From: Octopus vulgaris
Lineage: Eukaryota
Direction of reading: 5' to 3'
NCBI GenBank assembly: GCA_951406725.2
Contig: OX597825.1
Coordinates: 42,842,001 to 42,906,000, forward strand
Length of the DNA stretch: 64,000 bases
Part shown: positions 23,881 to 38,726 of the stretch, piece after piece
How positions within the stretch are numbered: position 1 is the stretch's first letter
How the letters are laid out: the number at the start of each line of letters is the position of its first letter
Position numbers and translations under genes: made by a program
Notes under the pieces: generated by a model
Databases searched by the model: none
What the model saw: the letters and a program-made list of their open reading frames with translations, nothing else
Told to the model about the DNA's origin: nothing

Positions 23881-25356
23881 TTCAATAATAAAATATCAGA
23901 CAATAAATCTAGAGGAGCAATTCTTGGACTACTGGCTCAATATCTGTTAGACTTTGTTCTGCTTGAAATTTATAGCCGAAGTTAATTTATCTTCTAATTA
24001 TTTACTTGTAAAATGAACATTAAACATGTTCTTGTAGATAACAAAGAGAACAGAATCGAAATTGTAAAAGTACCCGATAATTCCAATATACTTGCGAACT
24101 TAATATTTTATTTGAATTATTTAGAATATAACAAGCGGACAGAATTTTACTTGGGTATTTATTAGGTATTAACGTATAACACAAGAACTACTAGTACTAC
24201 ATTTAGATCCCCATGACAGTAACTTATGTCCCAATACAATATATTGCCATGCAAGAGAAATAAAATAAATTTAACTGTAGAGACATTTATATATCGTTTC
24301 TCTTTTTTGTTCCATTCTATAGAAATATTTTACGGATGGATAGAAAAAACTTACTCGTAAGTTGAAGGCAAGGTAAAGAGATGCATATGACAAAAAAAGA
24401 TATTTTGTTATGCTGTTTTCACAATGTATGTTTCGCTTGATTTATCCTCATCACATTCTGCTAAGCGTTAATGATTCATTGTACGACTGAAAGAATTAGA
24501 TGTTCAGTGTTTCAAACACAGACACAAACGAATGGAATCGCTTATTCTGATGTCTAATGAAATGGATGACCCATATTTTAAGGAAAATGTCTAAGAATCA
24601 GTAAAGTTCTAAAAGTTATAAATAAGATTTATGGTAATAACTGAATTCTTGAATGGTAACAGTAACAATATTTATTTCGGGAATGCCTGTTAAGAAAGAA
24701 TTGCTTTTTCAGAATATTTATACGGAAGTAAGAGAATAAACTTAGCAGGATAAAGAATATCAATTCTTTAGTTCATGGTTGATATAAGAATTACAACAGC
24801 ATCAGTAGTAGCAATATCGACAGCAACAATAGAAGCAGTGGCAACATCAAAAACAATAACAAAAATACTAACTATAATAATAAAATAATCTTTACTGTGT
24901 GATTAACCTGATGGAAGTTCAACAAATGTCATTCTTTTCCGCATCAACACAATACAAATTGTTTACAGTCGACTTCGTCAACTTCAGTAAATACCCAGCG
25001 ATTATTTTTCAGCATTGGAATGACAGAATCGAAATCTATGCCGACTGGCTTAGAACGTGGAACAGGGAGTAGAATAGTATATCCAATAAAGGATTTAATC
25101 GAGAACTCGAAAATTTCAATACACCAGCAAAGTGTTAAAAAATTTAATAAAAACTAGATGTAAGTTTAAATGAATCAGCTCTCTGCTCTGTAGAATGTAA
25201 CTAGTAACATAATCAACATCCACTGTCCTGTAGATGAAAAGTATCATATTAATAATTTTCTTTAGAAAACAACAGAACGTATTCGACGTTTAGGAAACGC
25301 TCTATCGCAGAAGTAGGTATTATATTAATTTCTCAATTTAGATAAAAAATTTTAAA

Positions 25357-25710
25357 GCGGTGAGCTAGCAGAGTCGTTAGCACGCTGGGCGAAATGCTTA
25401 ACGATATTTCGCCTGGCGCTACGTTCTGAGTTCAAATTACGTTGAGGTCGACTTTGCCTTTTATCCTTTCGGGGTCGATTAAATAAGTACCAGTTACGCA
25501 CTGGGGTCGATATAATCGACTTAATCCGTTTGTCTGTCCTTGTTCGTCTCCTCTGTGTTTAGTCCCTTGTGGGTAGTAAAGAAATAGGTATTTCATCCGT
25601 CTTTACGTTTTCAGTGCAAATTCCGCCGAGGTCAACTTTTCTTTTCATCCTTTCGCGGTCGATAAATTAAGTACCAGTGCAATTCTAGGGTCGATGTAAT
25701 CGACTAATCT
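25357..25710 (+). mobile_element. tRNA-derived SINE (Meta-domain-like) with Tx1-like 3' tail, followed by a partial second copy
   Basis: gagttcaaat B-box; gtcgactttgcctttt/catcctttcggggtcgat..aagtacc central domain; tail at 25540-25585. Confidence 0.75.
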
Positions 25711-26009
25711 CCCTCTATTGTGCTTATTAGAGGAAGAACTTACATGAGAATATGGCTCACGTGTAGTAAGCAAGCTATAACATAGGTGATGTAGCATCTT
25801 TATTAGAACAGAATAGAGAAAGCGTTTCATAAATACTCCGTAGAACATACAAAATCAACTCTTCTTTTATGAATAGAATATACAAGGTATTTATTGAACA
25901 CGGTTGAGTAGATGTAAAGTAGCAACACTCATATCTGCTTAGCACGTAACACAAAAGTGGACATGCAATATACCTTGCATGAAAAATGTATGGTATATTG
26001 GTTTCAAAT

Positions 26010-26125
26010 TTTGGCCCCAAACCAGTAATTTCAAGGGCGGACATTACGTCGACCCAACTATTCAGCTGGTACTTACTTAATCGACCTTGAAAGTGTGAAA
26101 GGCAGAGTCGACCTCGGTGGTATTT
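26010..26125 (-). mobile_element. Partial Meta-type SINE
   Basis: Reverse complement of ccgaggtcgactctgcctttca...gtcgattaagtaagtacc. Confidence 0.6.
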
Positions 26126-26162
26126 GATTATTATTATTATTATTATTATTATCATTATTATT

Positions 26163-27670
26163 ACTTTTTTTTTCTTCTTTCAAATTTGCTTCCATTTCTT
26201 GCCGAGTGTCTTCCCGACTCCTAGGGCAAAGAAACTCATAGTGTATATTGGTAGGCCATTAAACAAAACTCAGTAGTTCGTTCATTTTTTTTTTTTGTTT
26301 TTTTAAGTTAAATTAAAATACATGAGCAGCAACAGTTCTCACATCGACAATGCTCTTCTCAATACGTGTGATGTACCAGTTAAGACAATCTTTTGCACTT
26401 CTTGCAGGGATGGTAAGCCAGGGATCATTCTCATATAATTTTCGGCTCCCTTCTTGATCATTCCTAGTGCTCCTACGATCACTGGTATTGTAACCGCCTT
26501 GAGATGCCACATTTTCTCAATTTCAATGAGTAGGTCTTTATATTTTCTGAGCTTGTCAAACTCTTTCGCTGAGATATTATGATCACAGGGGATGCTCATG
26601 TCGATCAATAAGCAAACTTTATTGTTTTGGTCTTTCACAACAATATCTGGTTTATTGGCCTTGATGGCTCGGTCTGTATGTACTGGAAAGTCCCACAGAA
26701 TGGTTACATTTTCTCCTTCAGTTACAGCCTCAGGGTGGTGATTATACCACTTGTCGGCAGTTTTGATATTGTAATGCCGACTTATTAGCCAGTGGAGATA
26801 TTGGCCAACTCTGTCATGTCTTAATTTATACTCTACTGGTGCTAAGACTTTACATCCAGAGATTAGGTGGTCCACTGTTTCAATCATGTCGTTGCAGAAT
26901 CGGCATTTTGGGTCTGCTCCATTTTTCATCACATTGGCCTGGTAGTTCCGGGTTAATAGGCTTTGGTCTTGAGCAGCCAGGATGAAACCTTCGCTCTCTG
27001 CTTTTAGCCCTGAGCTCCGTAGCCACTGATGGGTTTGCTTCTGGTCAACATCAGCTTGTTTGCTGCGGATCAAATATTTGCTGTGCAGAGGTTTCTCCTC
27101 CCACCTATCAGCCAATTGCTCGTGCGCTTTTTTCATTGCCATCATTTTCACCTTCTTTGCAACAATAGTTGCCGTACTTCCCTCGGGTTGTTCAGTTTGG
27201 GTATCCTGCACGAGATCAATAGCAAATTTTTTGCTTTTCTTGATGATAGAATGAAGCTTCTTTCGTCTCTCGTGATTTTCCACGAGCTTTAGCATCCAGT
27301 CATTCGATATTTCGAGATATTTGGCCAGTCCAATTGTGGTTGTTTTGTAAGCTAGTTCAAATTGGATCAGGCCTCGACCTCCTTGGGCTCTGGGAAGGTA
27401 AAGGCGATCTACGTCTGCCTTTGGTTGGTGCATCCTATTACAACTCAGCAGTTTGCGTATTTTTCTATCTATATTCTTTACTTCACTCATATTCCAGTTC
27501 AACACATTGTAGCTATAAGTAACAACTGGAACTGCTAAGGAATTTATAGCTAACACCTTGTTACGTGCATTTAGTTCAGATTTCAGGACTGCACGAACTC
27601 TCCTATAACATTCCTTCCTGATTTTCTCTTTCATACTTGCATGCTGAATACCAGAGCCTTCATTTATCCC
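26163..27670 (-). mobile_element. 5'-truncated R4/Dong LINE with open C-terminal frame (CCHC plus restriction-like endonuclease), flanked by (TAA)n
   Basis: 26339-27670 is open: ADVDRLYLPRAQGGRGL, AAQDQ, CRFC..ETVDHLISGC, RHD, KPDIVV..LIDMSIP..KYKDL; 3'UTR then (TAA)n. Confidence 0.92.
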
Positions 27671-28335
<665 letters not shown>

Positions 28336-28475
28336 TCAAATTCCGCCGAGGTCGACTTTACCTTTTATCCTTTCGGGGTCGATAAATTAAGTACCAGTGA
28401 AACACTGGGTTCGATGTAATCGACTTAATCCCCTCCCCCAAATTTCAGGCCTTGTGCTTTTGGTAGAAAGGATTA
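28336..28475 (+). mobile_element. 5'-truncated Meta-type SINE
   Basis: aaattccgccgaggtcgac...gtagaaaggattatt. Confidence 0.7.
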
Positions 28476-28504
28476 TTATTGTTGTTGTTGTCCTTCTTCT
28501 TCTT

Positions 28505-28595
<91 letters not shown>

Positions 28596-28597
<2 letters not shown>

Positions 28598-29729
28598 TAG
28601 TTTTATTTTTATAGCGTGCTTTCACTTCACTACCGAGCGCAGCTCTGTGTGCCTTGGGTATGTGCTGTGATTTGTTGTGATGCTCTGATGGTTATTGTAT
28701 GGAAAGTGTTCTGCGTAGGATGTGTGCAGTGCCTAGTAGTGCAATTTTCTGTATGTTATATGTGTTTGTAAGTCCTGGTGTTTTTGTTATGTATTTGTCT
28801 GAATATTTTTTTATCATGCCTAATGCACCTACTATGATAGGAATTGTTTCTGTTTTCAGGTTCCACATTCTAGTTACCTCTATTTCCAGGTCTTTGTATT
28901 TTGAGAGTTTCTCCATTTCTTTTAGAGACACGTTGTCATCTGCCGGTATTGATACATCAATTAGAAAGCATTTTTTTCTTCATGATCTCTGACAACTATA
29001 TCTGGTCTGTTGGCCTTAATTTCTCTATCTGTGTGTATCGGCATATCCCAGAGTATGGTTGATTTCTCGTTTTCTGTGACCTTTTCTGGTGTGTGCCTAT
29101 ACCATCTTTTTTCTGTTGTTATTCCATAATGTTGGCATAGCTTCCAATGTATGTAGGTTCCAACTCTGTCATGTCTGTGAATATATTCCTTCTTAGCCAG
29201 GACTGGGCAGCTAGAGATAATATGATTTATTGTTTCTTGTCCATCTCCACATATTCTGCAGTTACTTGTAATATTTCTTTTCATTACATGTTTTTGGTAA
29301 TTTCTGGTGGGGAGGCTTTGGTCTTGTGCTGCAATTAAAAATCCCTCTGTTTCTGCTTTGAGTCCTGAGCTTCTCAACCATTGCTGGGATTTTTCTTTGT
29401 CTATTTCTTTTGCGTTTAGTTTAGTCCAGTATTTACCATGAAGGGGCTTTTCTTGCCATCATTTTATCATGGTTCGTTGCTGTTCTATTTTTAGTTTGGA
29501 TTTCATTTGTTTTATAGCTTTTGTTGTTTCTTCATCTTCTTCTTCTTCTTCTTCTTCTTCTTCTTCTTCATGTTTATTAGGTGGTATGATTTCTTGTTTG
29601 TATTTGTCAGCTTCCTTAAATACTGAGAACAGATTTTTGTTTTGCTCGTGTTTTGCCGCTATCTGGATCAGTTTTCCTTCCTTCTGAAGTAGATATTTTT
29701 GCAGTCCTATGGTGGTTATTTTATAGTAG

Positions 29730-29730
<1 letters not shown>
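28596..29730 (-). mobile_element. Second 5'-truncated R4/Dong LINE flanked by (TAA)n
   Basis: LRSSGLKAETEGFLIAAQDQ, CRICG..ETINHIISSC, RHD, RPDIVV, KYKDLEIE; one frameshift near 28970. Confidence 0.9.
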
Positions 29731-29789
<59 letters not shown>

Positions 29790-31140
29790 TCCTGCCACGA
29801 CTCTCAGCAAGAGATGCGGAGTGTTGCGAAAGGCCGATAACATTTGAGGAAATACGGGACAAGATAAACGCCTGCACAGGGGGGAAAATCGCCGGGATTA
29901 GATGCTCTGCCCTACGAGCTTTATTCTAGTATACCAGACTTGTTTGCAGGCCTTTTGGCAGGTATCTGCTGCAACTGGTAACAGAATGAGGGAATTCCGA
30001 AATCTGTGAGCCGAGGAGCAGTGCTACTGCTGAGAAAGGATCCAAACAAGGGGGAAGTATTAGATAATTTTTTTAGGCCCATCGCTCTGCTTAATGCAGA
30101 CATGAACATTTTGGTCAAAGTGTTAGTAAAGAGGTTTGAGCTCGTCGTCGAGAAACTGGTTGGAGACGAACAAACAGGTCCATCCACGTAAACCTACACT
30201 TCATGCACTACATCGTGGATAGGGTAGTTAAAAAACCTGGCATGGGTGGGGCTCTGATTAATTTATATCAGTCAAAAGCCTTTGATAGGGTGAACCATCA
30301 ATATCTGGCAGCTTCTCTTACGGCGGTCGGTTTCGGTCCGGTTTTCCGCGGTTGGATCCCTGCCATGTATAGCGACATCTGCTCGGTAGTACGGGTGAAT
30401 GGTCACCTATCGGAACCATTCAACATCGTGTGTTTCATCCGTCAAGGGTACGCACTCTCTTCCCTTCTGTATGTGCTGACCTTCGAGCCATTACTTCGGA
30501 ACCCGGAGACGTTGAGAGGCATCACGCGTGAACTAGGATGTTCTTATGGAAGGGGCGGACTCCGCTCGTCAAGCGCTCCATTTGCTGTCAACACCCTATG
30601 AACGGTGGGCTGGGTATGCCATGGCTATTGATGCACAGACATGCGCTGAGGCTGCGGCACATCCAGCGTTTCCTCGACGACGGTGAGCAGGTGTGGTCAC
30701 CGTTTGTCAGACTCGCTTACCCGCAGCTCGTCTCTTTGAGTGAGCTGCAATCTTGGATCAAGCGTAGACCGAGACTAGGCGTATGGCACCTTGAGTGTCG
30801 CCAGGTGCTCACATTCTTCTGTCAGTCGGACAATGCGGTTAGTGGGAGTTCTACTATGGCGTTGCATAGAGGGTTCGTGGTGAAAGGAAACGTCGACGTT
30901 CGTGGGGAGACTCGAGGCGTGGATGAATTTCAACTTGCCAATCTGTCCCGGAGGAGTTTCGGGCCGGGGCCTATAGGTAACTTCCAGAAATCCCTGGCCT
31001 GACATTGTTACAGGGGGGATTTGGCTGTTCGAGATAAACTCTACAGGCACGGTAGTGCCGTCAGTCGGACCTGCCTGAGATGTACGCTGAGCGACGAAAC
31101 GGTTCTGCACAAACTCATTCAGTGCCCGACCATAAATGTG
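29790..31140 (+). mobile_element. Degenerate Tx1-clade ORF2 fragment, internally deleted
   Basis: RKDPNKG, QSKAFDRV, FLWKGRTPLVKRSICCQHP, NFQKSLA, VRDKL; homologous to ORF2 at 8796-12191. Confidence 0.88.
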
Positions 31141-31157
31141 GTATATTATTATTATTA

Positions 31158-31246
<89 letters not shown>

Positions 31247-31253
31247 GTTGTTG

Positions 31254-31314
<61 letters not shown>

Positions 31315-31316
<2 letters not shown>

Positions 31317-31530
31317 GGTCAGTAAACTGGCAAAAGCGTTAGCACGCTAGGCAAAATGCTTAATGGCACTTCCTCCGTCTTCATGTTCTGAGTTCAAATT
31401 CCGCCGTGGTTGACTTTGCCTTTTATCTTTTCCGGGTCGATACAATAAGTAACATATGAGTACTGAGATTGATGTAATCGATTTATCCCCTTCCCTGAAA
31501 CCGCTAGCCGTGTGCCAAAATTAGAAATCA
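31315..31530 (+). mobile_element. Meta-type SINE
   Basis: Homologous to the 25357 copy. Confidence 0.7.
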
Positions 31531-31944
31531 TTATTATTATTATTAATGTTTAGACCAACCATACTTCAAAGTTAGGGCTGTTCTTATAAATTTGGTATTA
31601 GAATGTTTATCTCTAAGACGCCTTTATTTTTATCACCCTTATTTTCCTTATTATTCTTGCTATTATTTAGCTTGTTTAAATAAGATTGCTTCATATACTT
31701 ATTTTTATTGCTGTCTCTGTCGTGTATATCAACAAACACACATACTCACACACACACACACAGACACACACACACGCATACACACACAGACACACACACA
31801 CACATACACACACACATACAGACACAAACATTGAGATGCACCACAACCAGTTTTATAGTATCCCAGCTGCGAGAAATCGATGTAGAATGGATCGGAACGA
31901 TAGTTGTGAATAATAAAGTTATACGTATATTCTATTTTCCGTTC

Positions 31945-32490
<546 letters not shown>

Positions 32491-32899
32491 TGATATATAC
32501 ATACACTTAAACACTTCAAAGACGAACCTGTGCCGCTAATCCCATCAGGATAGCCCCTTTCGTGAGCATGAAATTTGAATATACATAAGCAAACTCCATG
32601 CACAAAAGAAATATGTCTCCGTGATGAACTATCTCAGTACACAAGCATACAAATATCCATACACCCAGAATATAATATAAGATAATGCAAACTAGTTCGC
32701 AAACCGACATGACTGTTTGCCCAAAAGTCAAATCCAAGGAAGATAACCATTCAAAAGATGTCATCCAAATGTATTACCAATGGTAGCCTTAAGTCGCAAA
32801 CAAAGAAATTCCATCCACCAATGCAGTGTTCAGCACTCATTTTCATCGTTCGACAGTTACGTATATATATACAGGATTGGCCAAAAGTCACTTGACAAA

Positions 32900-35800
32900 G
32901 TTCCACGAATACTATATGTATTTGTACTGAGAATAATCTGGTTGTTACCAACACTGTTTAAGCAGAAAAATAAATATGAAACTACCTGGATGCACCCAAG
33001 AACTAAGGACTGCCATCTCATAGATTATATTTTGATCAGAAAACGTGATATAAAAGATACTTCTAGAGTTCGGGCCATGAGAGCAACAGAAATCTGGAGT
33101 GACTGGTCTAGTGCGTGGAAAATTAATTTTTCGATAATGCGTAAAAGTCGATAGTCTGGTCCTAAGGTACCCAAAACGTTAAATGTTGCAAACTTCAAAT
33201 TACCAAGCAACTTGCAAAGATTCCACGATGCTATAGAACATATTAATCTTGACCCAAACAATCTATGGGAACATTTCAAAGCAAAGTATTTCAAGCTGCA
33301 AGTTCTTCAATGGGATTTAAATCGCATAAGTCCAGTGACTGGTTTTCAGAATATTCAGCAAAAATTCATGGTCTGCTTTTAGTAAAATGAAACTTAGGCA
33401 ATACACTTCTTTCTCAGTCCTTGAACCCTACCTCAAACGAAGGTTACAGAAAGCTGAAGGGGAAAATGTAGACTGCTCAAAGGAAAATTAAACAGCAATG
33501 AAGGAATGATAGAGCAAAAGGGGCACCAAAAGCAGCTGATAGAAATGACAGATACCAAGGGTTTGTACTCTTATGTTAAGGACGTATATGGCCCAAACTC
33601 TTCTTCAATAGTTTCAGTGAGAACAGAAAATGGACATTTGTTTTTGACTGACACCGCTTGTATTCATAAGCGCTGGGTAGAACATTTTTCTGCAATTTTG
33701 AATAGACCATCATCCGCTGATACGAGGATGATAGAAAAAATAGAACACCTTCCAGTTATAAAGGAGATGGCATTTGAAGCAACTCTAAATGACATCTAGC
33801 TGTGAATAAGCTGAATAACAATAAGTCTCCAGAGTTATCTGTGCAGAGGTCTTGAAATATATGGGCGACAAAATGTTTGAACTCTTAAATACATTAATTT
33901 GTCACTGTTGGAGAAGTGAGAAAGTGCCACAAGACTGGATTGATGCCATTTTAGTCTCCTTGTATAAATCGGGGCCAAAGGATCTGTGTGGTAATTTCCG
34001 TAGGATTTAATTTTTGTCTGTAGTTAGAAAGGTACTTACCTGCACTCAGAACGTTTAACTACCTTCCTAGTTCCAAATATGATGTCTGAGTCACAATGTG
34101 GTTTTCACACTTCCACAGGAAAAGTACATTGAAGAGAATCTTTCACAATACCATTGCTTTGTTGATTTCAGAAAAGCTTTCGATTCTGTTAATCGAAATA
34201 ATTCTAAGGAAAATAGGTTATCCAGAAAAATTTGTAAACATGATTAGGGCTTTGCATCAAAATATGAACGCTAGAGCTAATTTTGGTGGTAGGCACTCTG
34301 AATCGTTTGCCATGGAAAATGTAGTAAAGCAAGGAGACTTTGATGCACCCACCCTCTTTGCAATATACTTTGCTGTTGTGCTGTTACACGCTTTTCAAAA
34401 CTCCAAGGAAGGTATTTCCATAAAATATCGTACAACAGGGAATGTTTTTAATCTGACCAGACTGAAATTCAAAACGAAGGTTTTTACTTCACTCATTAGG
34501 GAACTCTTATACGTTGACAATTGCAATCTAGTCAATCATTCTGCAATCTCATGTATTTGAATTTCCGCTTGACCATCAACTTGAAAAAAATAGTTGTAAT
34601 GTATCAACCTGCATGTGGTGCTGTTTGAAACTCCCCTAAATTTTTTGTTAAGAGTAGGTTACTTGAGGTTGTTGATTCTTTCATCCAGCTTGGAATGCCT
34701 GTACCAAACCAAATGACAGAAATCCGAACATAGAAATACATCTGTGAATTCAAAGAGCAGAAAAATCATTGGTGGTTTGGAGTCACGTGCTTAGTCCCAA
34801 CGGCATATAAATAACAATACAAAGTTGTCTCTTTACAAATCGTTTTTCTTACCATCCCTGTTGTATTTTTCTGAAACATGGACATGTTATGGAAGGCATT
34901 TCAAATTGTTAGAACAATTCCACCAAAAATGTCTTCATCGCATTTTAAACATTATATGGAAATTTTTTACTCGAAACATAGATGTCTTTGCGTCTGCAGG
35001 CATCACTTCAGTTAAAGCAATAACTCTCCAAAACCAAATGGAGTGGTCGGGCCACACCCAAACAGCAGCTTTATGGTGTGCTTGCAGAGGGGAAACGCTA
35101 TTGGTGTAAACCTAAAAAGAGGTTTAAGGACAGTATAAGGACTACCATGAAGTCACTTGGAATGCATCCAGAGGATATATGTTTCTTTATTGGCCACACA
35201 GGGCTGAACACATAGGGGATAAAATACAATGTAGAGCTTTTCTTTTTGGGAAGAAGTGAAGAAAAAAAGTGGGTCGAATTCCAATCAAAAGGGATCGTGG
35301 AAAAAAAAAGAGTGCGATCAATAGGGATCGTATATCACAGAAATGTCAATGTAAACATGGAAAACAGATTCTGTTTATCCGTGGAAATAAAAGCCTACAG
35401 GAAAGAACACGGTAACCTTGGGCAATAGTGTCATCCAAAAAACACTTTACAGTAAGTGACTCTCTTTCTCCTTTTTTTTTGGTTCATAGGATTATGCTCA
35501 AGCTGGCGCCGTCATTCACACGTGCCATCCTTGCTGCATTCACCCATCTTTTTTTTAAACATTCACTAGACAAAACGTCCCTCTTTACTCTCACCTTCCT
35601 CTTCAAGTGATACTTGAAGAAGTTGATGAGAGATTGACCAGTGAGGAAAGTGTTTGTCTCTAGACCCTTTAAGCGCGTCCACCATACACATTCTTTCGCC
35701 ATAGCCACAAGTACGATGAAAATGGCTCTTCCTTCCCGTTTCAAGGAAGGAGACGCGACAATATCCGAGATAGACTCAGTTGACGAACTGACTCGCCCCA

Positions 35801-38095
35801 CACGCGATTGCAGTCGTCCGACAGGCCGACAGGCCGACAGGTCGGAAATGGTTGGACACTCTGCAAGTGGGTGCAGGACGGTTTCGTTGCTCTGACCGCA
35901 TTTCGGACAGGTCGACCCTGTGTTTCTCGATTCATTCCTGTAGAGCTTTATCCCGAACGGGTAGCACTTCTCTAGGCCAGGGATCTCTGGAAGTTGTCCA
36001 TAGGTCCCGGTCCGAAAGTCGTCTTGAACAGGCGGGTCCAGGTATCCCTCGTCGACGCCCAGGTTCGCCCCGAGATAGTTGTCGTACTTCCCCTCCACTA
36101 ATCCCCTACAGAATATTTGGTTGTGTTGAAGTCGCTCAAGGTCGGCCCCGGGATGCCATAGTTGCTTGAGAGCAACGTGACACTCGCGGTGCTATTCGCT
36201 CTTCCTCGGCATCTTTTTGATCCACGACTGCAGTTCGGTCATGGAAACGAGCTGCGGGAAAGCGCGCCTCACAAACGGTGACCACACCCGTTCACCGTCG
36301 TCTTCATAGAGCCAGAGATGTCGCAGTCTCAGCGACCACGACATGCCCAGTCCTCCTTTTAAAGGGTGTTGGCAGCAAACGGATCGCCTGACCAACGGAA
36401 CTCATCCTTTCCACAAGAAGCGGAAGAGAATGCGTTCTAGTTTGGTGATGGTAGGTTCGGGACAAGGCACGACAGTCAGGCGGTAGTAGATGACGGACGC
36501 GATGTACGTATTCGCCACCTCCGCCCGACCTTTTAGGGACAGTTTCCTCTTGTTGGGCGAGAGTGACCACCCTACTCGTTATGGTTGTTCCAGTTCTTCT
36601 CCGTTTGGAGGTCAGGACCAAACCAGACCCCGAGCAACTCGACCGGACCATCAGTCCAGCGTCCCACGACGAAGGCGCTGTTGGACGGCATGAGCTTGTT
36701 TCTCCAGGTACCGATTCGCAAGCCCACTGACTTTTCCCGGTTGATTTTTGCACCTATTACAGCTTCGTAGTCTTTCAGTGTCTCGCCGACAAGCTCGATG
36801 TGCTTCTAGCTAGACACTATGACGGTGAGACGTCCGCGTATGCAGACACGCCCCTCCTGCATCCCAGCTCTCGTAGGATGCCCCTCAGCGTCGCCAGCTT
36901 CCGAAGTAGTGGGTCGAGAGTCAATACGTATAGAAGCGACAAGGCGGGGCATCCCTGACGGACCGAACGTGCAATGTCGAAAGGTCTCGATAGATGTCCA
37001 TTTATGCGAATTACCGAACGGATGCCTCTGTACAAAGCAGCTATCCAGCCGCGGAAGACGAGACCGAAACTAGCCGCTATGAAGACAGCCTCCAAGTACC
37101 AATGGTCTAACATTTGCGCTTTCTCGACCAGTTTCTCGATGACAAGCACCAACCTCTAGGCTAACACCCTGGCCAAAATTTTCAAGTCTGCATTGAGTAG
37201 AGTGATGGGCCTAAAGTTATCTATGACGTCCTCCTTGTTTGGATCTTTCTTCAGTGGAGTTACGGTTCCTCGGCCCACAAAACCGGGGATGTTCTCGTTT
37301 TGCTACCAGTTGCAGTATACTGCTGCCAAGACGCCTCCAAACAAGTCTGGCATACAACTGTAAAGATCGTAAGGTAGACGCTCCAAACCCGGCGATTTGT
37401 CTCTCGAGCATTCTGCCTTCGCGTGCTGTCATGATGGCACCTTCGCAGCACCCTGCCTCTCTTGTCGAGAGTCGTGGCAGGCTGTGCAGGTAGGCACTGA
37501 AGTTCACCTCTGTTCATCTACCAGTGACAGAATGGTGGCTTTCTTGCCCTGTTGCGCCTCCTCCATGTCCACGTTGGCACATTCGGGTGGTCGAGTCGGT
37601 ACCTGTCAGACAGTATGAGGATATAGAAACCCTCGCTTCGGATCGAGGTGGGTGACGAACAAAAGTGTGGAGTGGAGTGAAAGCGTTCGACGAGGCTAGG
37701 ATAACGTGTGCAAGACACAAGAGCGATTTCAAGAAGAATGTTACGATCGAGACGGTGAATCACAATGACCTTTTTGTGCGCACAGTTTATGACAGAACAT
37801 GCCTTTCTTTTGCTGGGCTCAAATCTCATTTGCGGCCCCATGAAAAACAAATTTCCACCAACTATCATGCCTATAATCTCTACAGACCTTTCAATGCCAT
37901 GTATGCTATAATTTCTGCACATCTAATGGAGACCTAAAAAGACGTTTTAAGATCCACAAAGATCAGAACTTAACTGCAGCTCTTGGTGGTTCTAATTGGA
38001 CATGCAATTAATGTGGGTGTCTTTTCAATACGTTGCCTGTTTTAAAAGGTGTAGGTACAAGAGGTGGTCAGACTCTGCATTAGGAGTAGGCAATC
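32900..38095 (+). mobile_element. Degenerate RTE-clade LINE interrupted by a Tx1 insertion
   Basis: TTWMHPRTKDCHLIDYIL, RWVEHFSAILNRPS, VKQGDFDAPTLF, ELLYVD, SETWT; resumes at 37617 with ETLASDR..WSGVKAFDEAR and CLSFAGLKSHLRPH. Confidence 0.85.
35180..37616 (-). mobile_element. 5'-truncated degenerate Tx1-clade LINE with 9-bp TSD GAGGATATA
   Basis: TSD at 35171-35179 and 37617-37625; SVRQGCP, SAYADV, CPKCGQSNETVLH, FFKYHLKRKV; Tx1-type tail at 35181-35230. Confidence 0.88.
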
Positions 38096-38098
38096 ACC

Positions 38099-38129
<31 letters not shown>

Positions 38130-38133
<4 letters not shown>

Positions 38134-38640
38134 GAGACACTATGGCCCAGGGGTTAGGCCAGCCGACTCGCAATCGTAGGATTGTGGTTTCGATTCCCTG
38201 ACCACGTATAGTGCGTGTTTTTTGAGCGAAAACACCTAAAGCTCTACGAGGCTCCGGCAGGGGGTGGTGGTGAACCCTGCTGTACACTTCCACCACAACT
38301 TTCTCTCACTCTTTCTTCCTGTTTCTAGTGTACCTGTATTTCAAAGAGCCAGGCTTGTCACACTCTGTGTCACGCTGAATCTCCCCGAGAACTAAGTTAA
38401 GGGTACACGTGTCTGTGGAATGCTCAGCCACTGGCACATTAATAAATGAGCTGCGACATCACTGGTGCCAAGCTGTATCGGCCTTTGCCTTTCTCTTGGA
38501 TAACACTGGTGGTGTGGAGAAGGGAGGCTGGTACACATGGGTGACTGCTGGCCTTCCATAAACAACCTTGCCCAGACTTGTGCCTCGGAGGGTAACTTTC
38601 TAGGTCCAATCCTATGGTCATTATGATCGAAGGGAGTCAC
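38130..38640 (+). mobile_element. tRNA-derived SINE, third family (minus-strand copy at ~52040-52300)
   Basis: A-box tggcccaggggttagg, B-box gtttcgattccc; aagctc.acgaggctccggcag shared with 52160-52300. Confidence 0.7.
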
Positions 38641-38690
38641 AATGTATATAAATACATACATACATATATATATATAAATATATACATATA

Positions 38691-38726
<36 letters not shown>

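Noticed and set aside
32869-32897. tacaggattggccaaaagtcacttgac as a Tc1-like TIR
   Set aside because: No partner TIR or transposase found nearby.
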